Assembly (NCBI GenBank): GCA_965215505.1
Contig: OZ244065.1
Span: 1,504,001-1,568,000, forward strand
Direction of reading: 5' to 3'
Length of the DNA stretch: 64,000 nucleotides
DNA from: Capsulimonadaceae bacterium
GTDB lineage: Bacteria; Armatimonadota; Armatimonadia; Armatimonadales; Capsulimonadaceae
Position numbers and translations under genes: made by a program. A model generated the notes under the pieces. That model did no database searches, was not told the DNA's origin, and worked only from the letters and a program-made list of their open reading frames with translations. This document shows, piece after piece, positions 36,258 to 44,039 of this stretch (positions within the stretch are counted from its first letter, which is position 1; every line of letters begins with the position of its first letter).

Positions 36258-36811
36258 GTTCGGAGTCTACCCAGCGGACGAGACAACAACATCCTTGAAA
36301 CCACTACCACAAAGATTATTCAGATGTCACTTGCACCATGTGCAACGGAAACTCGCGCCACACATGTGGATCGTGCGCTGGACACGGCTATATCACTTGC
36401 AGATGTCAAGTGTGTGAGGGCACAGGGCAACTCACTTTTGAGGAGTTCGATGCTCTCAACAACAAAAGGCAGGAAGAAGCAAGAGAAAAAGCGGAAGCGC
36501 AGGCCCGCGTGGCCGAGCAACGACGGGCGGAAGAGCAAAAACAACAAAAACTAAAGGAAAAGAATAAAGCCCGCCTGTTGAGAGAAGAACAGATCAGAGC
36601 AAAGTGGGAAGAGACTGAACGCGCCTTGAAGGAGCAACGCATATATGAAAAACTATGCGTCGTTTGCGGAAGACCTCTAACCTTTTTCGAGAAGCTTGGT
36701 AACAAGGAATCTCACAATAAATGTCTTTGAGTTCTTCCTCTCACACTACGTTTGAGCTATACACGGGAGCATTAGAATAGGCCAGCGCTTTGTGCTGAAA
36801 GATTTCATTCC

Positions 36812-37042
36812 ATGAACTACGCGAAAGATGGCGAACGACACCGGATCGCACATCAGGCGATGCGCGCTACAACGATGGCTGAGGTCATTCACGCAACGCG
36901 CGAACTAGACCAGTGGGTAGACGGCCACCCGGACGATCTTGGCATCATAGATGCTTATGAGATACTGGAAAACATGAAGGAGATCGTCGGAGAACAGCAG
37001 GCGGAGCGCAGCCGCGAAGCAAGGACGGAAATCGCGGCTTAA
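36812..37042 (+). CDS. small acidic helical protein, copy 2
   Basis: Paralog of 34961..35194 (shared DQWV..HPDDLGI.DAYE motif). Confidence 0.75.
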   Translation: MNYAKDGERHRIAHQAMRATTMAEVIHATRELDQWVDGHPDDLGIIDAYEILENMKEIVGEQQAERSREARTEIAA

Positions 37043-38472
37043 TTTAATATCGCCTTCGCCGCCGCCGAGGGCATCCGCTCGACGACGCAGACTTCGCGGC
37101 CCACGGCGCGCTCGAACTCGGCCAGGGTCATGTCGTCCAGAAACACGTCCCGATCGGGGTCGCGCAGCATGATGGACGGGAGGACCACGCGCTCGCCGAC
37201 CGCCCCGCCCATCCTGTTCAGGGCCTCGGCGATGTCGTGGCCGGTCAGCAGACCCGCGACACTGATGTTGCCCTCAAAAAAGGTGTTGTGGACGGCGCAG
37301 ACGTTGACGCTCAGGTTCTCCACCCGGTTGAAGGTGTCGGCCAAGGCCCCGACGAACGGCGCGGCCAGCTCGCCCGTCACCAATGTGGCCGAGCGCGGTG
37401 CGGCGAGCCGGGCCGGCAGGCGGCGGGCTACTTTCTGCACGTCGTCTTCGAACAGGCGCACCAGGCCGACGCCGTCTTCAAGCTGAGGGAAGCCCTCGTA
37501 CTGCCGCGCTGGCGGGACGGGCACACCGGCGCTCAGGTATAGCTCATCGCTGAGGAAGGCAAAGTTCGTGCCAAGCTCTTTGCGGAAGCCGCGCCGCCAT
37601 CCTTCGGCCTCCTGGACGAGTGCATGGGCGAAGGCGGGCGTGCAGGTCTTCAGGGCGGCCAGCCGGTCCCGGAACTGCGTCAGACCGACCGGCACGACGG
37701 CGACGGACAGGACGCCGCCATGCGTCCCGCGCGCCTCGGGGTGCAGCGCGGCCAGCTCGCGCACCGTCTGTGCAAGGACCGGACCGTCGTTGTAGCCGGG
37801 GCACAGGACGACCTGCCCGTGCACCTGGATCTTGGCATCGGCCAGCATCTGGAGGCGGGGCAGGATCGCTTCCGGCCCCTTGCGCCCCAGCATCCGCCCG
37901 CGCACTTCGGGGTCGGTGGCGTGGACCGAGACGAACAGCGGCGAGAGCTTCTGGTCTATCACGCGCTGGAACTCGTCCTCGCCCATGTTGGTCAGGGTCA
38001 GATAGTTGCCGTGCAGGAACGAGAGCCGGTAGTCGTCGTCCTTGATGTAAAGGGAAGGCCGCAGGCCCTTGGGCTGCTGGTACAGAAAGCAGAAGACGCA
38101 CTTGTTCTTGCAGATGTGGACCCGGTCGAACAGGTCGTCGCCGAACTCAATCCCCAGGTCTTCGTCGTACTCCTTGGCGATCTCGAAGTGGAGCGGGCCG
38201 ACGCCCGCGCGCTCCACGTCCAGCGTGGCCCGCTCGCCCGCCGACAGAAAGGCGAAGTCCACGATGTCTAACACGGGCTGGCCGTTGACGTGCGTGACCA
38301 CGTCCCCGACACGGACTCCCGCGCGGGCACCCGCCATGTCCGGGTCGAGAGTCAGGACGCGCGCCCGGTCGGCCTTCGCCCGCCGCGTCACGACGTTCTC
38401 GTCGGCCATCGGCAGGGCCAGCGTGCCGGCCTGCGTGTTACGCCGGACCATGTTTTCGGTATTCATTGCCAT
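37039..38472 (-). CDS. PDZ + DUF512 Fe-S oxidoreductase (radical SAM-like)
   Basis: CKNKCVFCF, SLYIKDDDYRLSFLHGN, QLEDGVG, VAGLLTG. Confidence 0.9.
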   Translation of the reverse strand: MAMNTENMVRRNTQAGTLALPMADENVVTRRAKADRARVLTLDPDMAGARAGVRVGDVVTHVNGQPVLDIVDFAFLSAGERATLDVERAGVGPLHFEIAKEYDEDLGIEFGDDLFDRVHICKNKCVFCFLYQQPKGLRPSLYIKDDDYRLSFLHGNYLTLTNMGEDEFQRVIDQKLSPLFVSVHATDPEVRGRMLGRKGPEAILPRLQMLADAKIQVHGQVVLCPGYNDGPVLAQTVRELAALHPEARGTHGGVLSVAVVPVGLTQFRDRLAALKTCTPAFAHALVQEAEGWRRGFRKELGTNFAFLSDELYLSAGVPVPPARQYEGFPQLEDGVGLVRLFEDDVQKVARRLPARLAAPRSATLVTGELAAPFVGALADTFNRVENLSVNVCAVHNTFFEGNISVAGLLTGHDIAEALNRMGGAVGERVVLPSIMLRDPDRDVFLDDMTLAEFERAVGREVCVVERMPSAAAKAILN

Positions 38473-38528
38473 AGCGCTCTATTATACCTGAACGCGCCGG
38501 GGCATCTCCGGGTTCCTGGGCGGAGCGG

Positions 38529-38559
38529 CTGCAACTTTTCCCGCCGCGCCGTGTCTCAC
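38529..38559 (+). promoter_or_regulatory. ECF sigma-type (autoregulatory) promoter
   Basis: CTGCAACTTTTCCCGC-cgcgcc-GTGTCTCAC, AAC-17-GTC, 27 bp upstream of the ECF sigma start. Confidence 0.75.
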
Positions 38560-38586
38560 TAGTAATAGGGAAAGAATTGATGACCG

Positions 38587-39291
38587 ATGACGCCGACCGA
38601 CCGACGCCCAAGCTGGACCCACGCCCTGGCGGGCCTGCCGCGCCTGGACCCGGACGTCGCCCTCGTCCGACAGTTCCGGGCGACGGCGGACCCGGCCGTC
38701 TTTGAGATACTGTTCCGCAAGTACCAGACGCCGGTCTTCAGCCTGGTCTACCGGATGGTCAACGGTGAGGACGCCTACGATCTGACCCAGGAGGTCTTTT
38801 TGCGCGCCCTGCGCGCCCTCCCGTCGTTCAAGGGGGACGCCAAGTTCCGGACCTGGCTGCTGACCATCGCGCGCAACGTCTGCCTGAACCACCTGCGGGA
38901 CGCCAAGCTGCGGGCGGGCTTCGAGGAAGGGTCGCTCGACGAGGAGCCGGAGACGCCGGGCTACATCCCGGAGCCGGGCGACCCGTCCGCCGACATCGCC
39001 CGCATCGTCGAGGTCCGCGAATTGCAAAGGATCGTGGACCGCGTCCTGGCGGAACTGACGCCCGAACAGCGGCTCTTGATCACGCTGCGCGACCTGCAAG
39101 GGCTGTCCTATGAGGAGGTCGCCGAGATCACCGACCTGAGCCTGGTCAACGTCAAGTCCAAGCTGCACCGGGCGAGGCTGGCCTTCAAGACGAAGTTTCA
39201 GCCGTTCCTGGCCCTGGTCAGCCCGGAACTTGACCAGGCAGGACCAAAGGAACAACACAAAGAACACGCGAAGGGGGGTGAGCCGTCGTGA
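38587..39291 (+). CDS. ECF-family RNA polymerase sigma factor
   Basis: DAYDLTQEVFLRA, FRTWLLTIARN, GLSYEEVAEI, VKSKLHRAR. Confidence 0.93.
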   Translation: MTPTDRRPSWTHALAGLPRLDPDVALVRQFRATADPAVFEILFRKYQTPVFSLVYRMVNGEDAYDLTQEVFLRALRALPSFKGDAKFRTWLLTIARNVCLNHLRDAKLRAGFEEGSLDEEPETPGYIPEPGDPSADIARIVEVRELQRIVDRVLAELTPEQRLLITLRDLQGLSYEEVAEITDLSLVNVKSKLHRARLAFKTKFQPFLALVSPELDQAGPKEQHKEHAKGGEPS

Positions 39292-39695
39292 CACGGGATG
39301 AGGCGCGCGCGCGCTATTCGGACTACCTGGAGGACGCCCTGGACCCGGCGGCGCGCGACGCCATGCAGGCGTTCCTGGCGCGGGAGCCGGAGGCGGCGGC
39401 CGAACTGATCGGCCTGGAGCGGACTCTGGCACGGCTGCATCGCCTGCCGCCGCGCGAGCCTGTTTTAGACATCTGGCGCGAGTTCGCGCCGCAGGTGGAG
39501 GCGTTCCGCGCCGAGCGGCGGCGGAGTCCCGCCACGCGCCTGCGGCTGCACTGGGGCGCGCTGCTGTCGCAGATCAGTGCGGGCGTCATCCTCTGGACGC
39601 ACGCCCTGGCCCACCGCGCCCACTCCGGCCTGGGCCACCACATGCACCACGAACACACGCCGCTCTTCCACGCGGAAAACCGACGGAAAGGGTAA
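39288..39695 (+). CDS. putative anti-sigma factor (zf-HC2-like fold without the Zn ligands)
   Basis: GTGA overlap with the sigma gene; EARARYSDYLEDALD pattern; short hydrophobic segment and His-rich tail. Confidence 0.7.
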   Translation: MTRDEARARYSDYLEDALDPAARDAMQAFLAREPEAAAELIGLERTLARLHRLPPREPVLDIWREFAPQVEAFRAERRRSPATRLRLHWGALLSQISAGVILWTHALAHRAHSGLGHHMHHEHTPLFHAENRRKG

Positions 39696-39699
39696 AGCC

Positions 39700-40218
39700 G
39701 TGACCGAATCGAATAAGCTGATGTACTGGCTCCTCACCATGCACCTGCGCGAGATGACGGAGCGCCTGCGTCAGATCCCGGAGGACAAGTGGGACTGGAC
39801 GTTCGCGCCGCCCGCGCCCACCCCGCGCATTCTGGCCTCCCACACCTGGCAGTGGCTCGTCTGCGACCGTCAGCACATCGAGGAGCCGGACGCCGCCAAG
39901 CACCCGCTCGTCCCCGATCCGCCCGCCGAGCCGTCCGCGATGTGCGACGCGCTGGACGCCGAAACGGACCGCTGGGAGGCGCTGCTGCGCCGCCTGACGC
40001 CCGAAGAGATGGACGCGCCCACCTTGCAGTTCAACGAGTTCCAAATGTCGGTCAAGGGCTTTGTCGGCCACATCGTCCAGAACTCGATCTACAAGCATGG
40101 GCAGCTTGCGACCCTCTACTTCGCGCTTGGGCTGGACGGCGACGCGCCGTATGACGCCCCCTTCCCCAACCCGATCTATGCGAAGCTGTACGAGATGGGA
40201 AACCATGAAACGCCTTAG
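39700..40218 (+). CDS. DinB family protein
   Basis: IPEDKWDW, TPRILASH, HIVQNSIYKHGQL four-helix pattern. Confidence 0.75.
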   Translation: MTESNKLMYWLLTMHLREMTERLRQIPEDKWDWTFAPPAPTPRILASHTWQWLVCDRQHIEEPDAAKHPLVPDPPAEPSAMCDALDAETDRWEALLRRLTPEEMDAPTLQFNEFQMSVKGFVGHIVQNSIYKHGQLATLYFALGLDGDAPYDAPFPNPIYAKLYEMGNHETP

Positions 40219-41497
40219 AGTGAAACGCCTTAGCGTCCTCTTCGTCTTCCTGCTGCTCCTTACCGCAGGCGCAGGCCATACCGACCCGCCCCGCGTGGTC
40301 GTGATCAACGTCCACGGCACCGTCTGGCCGGGCACGGCGACCTTCGTCCGACACCAGCTCGACACCGCCTACCGGCAGGGCGCGGCGGGCGTCATCCTGG
40401 ACCTGGACACGACCGGCGGCTCGCCCGCCGCCGCCGGGGACATCAAGCAGGCGATATTAGACCACCAATCGGCCTTCCCCATCGCCGCCTTCGTCCATGA
40501 CCACGCGACCGGGCCGGGCAGCCTGATCGCCGTCGCCTGCAAGCCGCTGGCCCTCTCGCCCGGTGCCTCGCTGGGGGACGCCCCCACCGGCGTAAAATCC
40601 GAGTTCCAGGCCGCAGCCGACGCCAGCCACCGCAACCCGGCCATCGCCGCCGCCTTCGTCGCCGCTGATTCGGACCTGCCCTCCCTGGGCGTCAAGTCTG
40701 GGGACAGCCTGACCCTGACGGCGGGGCAGGCGCAGGGTGTCGGCTACGCGGACCTCATCGCCTCCTACCCCACCGACATTCTCGCCAAGATGGGACCGGG
40801 CGTGGCCGGGGCGCAGCTTTCCACGGTGGAACTCTCCCCCTGGCAGGCCGCCGCCCTGTGGATCACCCAGCCCTGGGCCACCATCCTGCTGCTGGCCCTG
40901 GGCCTGGCCCTCGTGCTGGCCGAGGTGCTGACCCTGCACACCTGGGGCGTCGCGGGCATCGCGGGGGGCCTGCTGGTCGCGCTCATCTTCGCCGCATACA
41001 TCACCGTCGGCGCGGCCACCTGGATCGGCGTCCTGCTGTTCCTGGGCGGCTGCGCCCTGCTGCTGCTGGAAACCCACGTCCTGCCCGGACACGGCTGGCC
41101 CGCCTTGACCGGCCTGGGCCTGATCTTCGTCGGCCTGTTCTACGCGCTGGGCGGCTCACAGGCCGGGGCGCTCTACCCCGCCGCCACCGCCCTATTCGTC
41201 ACCGTCGCCCTGCTGGTCGCCTTCTTCCTGTACCTCCCGAAGTCCGGCGTCTGGAAGCGCCTGGGCCAGCCGATGCGCCAGACCGCCCAGTCCGGCTATG
41301 TGTCCAGCGACGACTACACCGGGTTTTTGGGTCGTCACGGCGTCGCCGTCACCCTCCTGCGCCCGTCCGGCACGGCGGAGTTCGAGGGCGTCCGCCTGCC
41401 CGTGGTCAGTGACGGCGAGTTCGTGCCGCCCGGAACTGCCGTCCAGGTCGTGACCGTGCAAGGGAACCGGATCGTCGTCCGGCCCGAGGAGGGCTGA
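40205..41497 (+). CDS. long NfeD family protein (ClpP-like domain, TM domain, OB fold)
   Basis: LDLDTTGG, central TM block, C-terminal GVAVTLLRPSG...VVSDGEFV...GNRIVV. Confidence 0.88.
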   Translation: MKRLRVKRLSVLFVFLLLLTAGAGHTDPPRVVVINVHGTVWPGTATFVRHQLDTAYRQGAAGVILDLDTTGGSPAAAGDIKQAILDHQSAFPIAAFVHDHATGPGSLIAVACKPLALSPGASLGDAPTGVKSEFQAAADASHRNPAIAAAFVAADSDLPSLGVKSGDSLTLTAGQAQGVGYADLIASYPTDILAKMGPGVAGAQLSTVELSPWQAAALWITQPWATILLLALGLALVLAEVLTLHTWGVAGIAGGLLVALIFAAYITVGAATWIGVLLFLGGCALLLLETHVLPGHGWPALTGLGLIFVGLFYALGGSQAGALYPAATALFVTVALLVAFFLYLPKSGVWKRLGQPMRQTAQSGYVSSDDYTGFLGRHGVAVTLLRPSGTAEFEGVRLPVVSDGEFVPPGTAVQVVTVQGNRIVVRPEEG

Positions 41498-41527
41498 GGC
41501 GGGGTGTGGTAAGTCAGACAGAGAACA

Positions 41528-41562
41528 GCCCGGCCTCTCGTCGAGAGGCCGGGCCTGTTTTG
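41528..41562 (+). terminator. intrinsic terminator
   Basis: 12-bp stem GCCCGGCCTCTC/GAGAGGCCGGGC plus T-rich tail. Confidence 0.8.
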
Positions 41563-41574
41563 TTCTGTTTGCGC

Positions 41575-42498
41575 CTAATCGTAAGCTTTCAGTTCTTTCA
41601 ACACCGCTGCGCCCACCTTCTCATCGCCCAAAGCCGCCGCCTTTACATAAGCCTCTTTGGCTCCCGGCTTTTGCCTCAACTTTAGCTGCTCACCGAGGTA
41701 GAAGTAGGACACCGGCGAGTCAGGGTAGAGCCGGACCGCCTCTTGAGCTTGCGTCAGGGCATCCTTGCTGCCGAAGTTGCCTTCTTCAACGGCGATGGCG
41801 ATGTGCGCCACTGCCTGGAGGCGTGAGGGAGTGTAGGGAACCGCGTTTGGGCTGTCGTCTAACTCCGGGAGCAGGACTTTGAGGTAAGGCTTTCCACCAT
41901 TGGCGTCAGCGTCCCGGTAGTTGAGGAGGTGGGCCGCTCGGTGGTAGACCGCCAGCGCCTCCGGCGTCTGCCCAGCCTTACTCAGCAGGAGGACATACTC
42001 CATCAGGCGGGTAACATCGTTTGTCTGGGTGTTCCATTTTGTGTGCGGCGAGTTGTCAGCATAGGTAGCCGTCCGGTAATACCGGACGGCACTAGACGTG
42101 TCCCCAGCGGCATCAGCGCATTTGCCCAAGCCGTAGAGGGCGGTGGAGTTATCCGGCCAAATGTTCAGGGCTTGCTGGTAATAGGCCTGCGCTCCCTTCC
42201 AATCGCCCCCTTTAGCAGCGGCGTCACCCTGTTTAGCAAGAGCGATGCTGTTGTCCCAAGTGTTGAAAGTAGCACTGAGTTCGCGCATCTCCTCCGCGCT
42301 GAGGTCGAGCGGTGCCCCACCCGCCCCGGCTTTTCCTGGGGCGGTATGTTGGAAGCGGTGCTTGGCGGAGGCATTTTTGGCGGCGTGACTGGCGGGGTGT
42401 GCCCTCGCCGTAAGGAGTGGCACCGCGAGGATCGGCTGAGGCAGCAAAGCCCCGAACGTCAGAACTACGGCGGCTAATATGCTCGGCTGACTCTGCAT
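41575..42498 (-). CDS. secreted tetratricopeptide-repeat protein
   Basis: Signal peptide, AQAYYQQALNIWPDN and AVRLYPDSPVSYFYLG TPRs; GAGGAGG RBS. Confidence 0.75.
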   Translation of the reverse strand: MQSQPSILAAVVLTFGALLPQPILAVPLLTARAHPASHAAKNASAKHRFQHTAPGKAGAGGAPLDLSAEEMRELSATFNTWDNSIALAKQGDAAAKGGDWKGAQAYYQQALNIWPDNSTALYGLGKCADAAGDTSSAVRYYRTATYADNSPHTKWNTQTNDVTRLMEYVLLLSKAGQTPEALAVYHRAAHLLNYRDADANGGKPYLKVLLPELDDSPNAVPYTPSRLQAVAHIAIAVEEGNFGSKDALTQAQEAVRLYPDSPVSYFYLGEQLKLRQKPGAKEAYVKAAALGDEKVGAAVLKELKAYD

Positions 42499-42628
42499 CT
42501 GCTTTCCTCCTCTCGCCGTTCATTGCCGTTCATCAGGAGCGGTTACAAACGGTGAGGGGGCGCAGAGCGCCCCCAACCGAGTATATCACAGTGTATGATG
42601 TCGCGTCAAGCGCCAGTCCCACTGCGCG

Positions 42629-43981
42629 CTACAGCAGCGGCGCGCTCAGGATGCGGGAGGCGATGGCGTGGGCGTCGGGCAGGACGATGTCGTCGGGGAC
42701 CTTCTGGCCGGTCGTGATGAAGGCCAGGGGCAGGCCGTACTTGGCTTGCAGGGTCAAGAGCCGCCCGAAACAGGTGTGGTCGGAGGCCTCGTCCAGCTTC
42801 GTCAATATCACGGCGTCGGGGGTGAAGATGTGCTGGAACTTGGTGACGACGTTGTCCATCTCGCGCGGCCCCAGCACGGCGGGGAGGGTGAGGTACTTCT
42901 GCACGGACCCGACCCCTTCGAACAGGTTCGCCGTCTCGCCCAGCGGGATCATCTCATTGGGGGACCGGCCCGCCGTGTCCAGCAGGATGATCTCTTTGCC
43001 TTCCCGCGCGAAGTCGTTGAGCTGCCCGATGAGTTCCAGCTTGTCGTGGGCGATCTTCACCGGCACGCGCAGGATCTCGCCGTACTTCTGGAGCTGTTCA
43101 GCGGCCCCGATGCGCTGCGTGTCCAGGGTGATGACGCCGACCTGCCGGCGCTCCATGAGGGCATAGCGGGCGGTCAGCTTGGCGATGGTCGTGGTCTTCC
43201 CCACGCCGGTCGTGCCGATGAAGGCCAGCAGGCGCATCTTCCCCTGGGCGGGCACGGCGTCCACGCCGTTCGCGATCCGGAGGCGCTGGGAAAGGAGGGT
43301 GCGGAGGTAGGTGGCGGCGTCGGCGGCCCCCATGCCGGCGGGCACCTCGCTGATGAGCTGCCGGACCAGCGGGGCGGCGATGTCGGCGTCGAGGAGCTGC
43401 TGCGTCAGGGCCGGATAGCCCGCCTCCGGCGCGGCGGCCTCGGGCGCGGCCTCCTTGCGGCGCGAGCGGCGCGGCGCGGGGGCCGGTGGGGCGGCCTGGG
43501 CCACTAAACGGGCGACGGATTCCTGCCCCGAGAGGCCGGGTGCGGCCTGCAAGGAGGCGGGAACGAAGGGCGCTTCGGGCCGACGCGCCGCCGGCTTCGC
43601 GCTGAGGTTCTGGACGTTCTCTTTGAGGCTGGCGAGCTGCGACTCCAGTTCCTGGATGCGCGCCGCGCCGCCGTCGCCCGCCTCGGGGCTGCCGAAGCGC
43701 AGGCCGCCGTTTGCCGCGGCAGAGGGGGAGGCCATCGTGTGGCTCGGCGGCAGGTAGGTCCCAAAGGTCATTTCCACGACCTCTTTGCCGCCCCACCGGC
43801 CGAACAGCGCGCCCTTTTTGTAGCTCTTGCGGCTGACGATGATGGCGTCCGCCCCTAGCTCCTGCTTGGCTTGCAGCAGGCAGTCCGTGACCGTCTTCCC
43901 CGTGTAGGTCTTGGTCCGCAGGTTGAACTTGCCGGTCTTGTCGTATATTCCGGCGGAGGGCATCAGGGTGACATTGCTCAT
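42629..43981 (-). CDS. flhF: flagellar biosynthesis SRP-family GTPase FlhF
   Basis: ELGADAII N-domain, GTTGVGKTT, DTQRIGA, DTAG, TKLDE, TTGQKVPDD. Confidence 0.92.
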   Translation of the reverse strand: MSNVTLMPSAGIYDKTGKFNLRTKTYTGKTVTDCLLQAKQELGADAIIVSRKSYKKGALFGRWGGKEVVEMTFGTYLPPSHTMASPSAAANGGLRFGSPEAGDGGAARIQELESQLASLKENVQNLSAKPAARRPEAPFVPASLQAAPGLSGQESVARLVAQAAPPAPAPRRSRRKEAAPEAAAPEAGYPALTQQLLDADIAAPLVRQLISEVPAGMGAADAATYLRTLLSQRLRIANGVDAVPAQGKMRLLAFIGTTGVGKTTTIAKLTARYALMERRQVGVITLDTQRIGAAEQLQKYGEILRVPVKIAHDKLELIGQLNDFAREGKEIILLDTAGRSPNEMIPLGETANLFEGVGSVQKYLTLPAVLGPREMDNVVTKFQHIFTPDAVILTKLDEASDHTCFGRLLTLQAKYGLPLAFITTGQKVPDDIVLPDAHAIASRILSAPLL

Positions 43982-44039
43982 AAGGGTGACTTCTAACTCG
44001 TGGGCTTCCTAGCTCGCAGGCTTCTGACTGGTGAAACTC

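Larger units (their letters stand above)
35494..36308 (-). mobile_element. IS1-family insertion sequence, 815 bp
   Basis: 25-bp terminal IRs (22/25) starting GGTAGTGGTTTCA; 8-bp target duplication ACAAAGAT at 35486..35493 and 36309..36316. Confidence 0.95.
35260..36730 (+). pseudogene. zinc-ribbon + DnaJ-like CxxCxGxG repeat + coiled-coil protein, disrupted by IS1
   Basis: Joining 35260..35493 to 36317..36730 restores one 215-aa frame (...GIIYKD|YSDVTCTMCNGN...). Confidence 0.85.
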
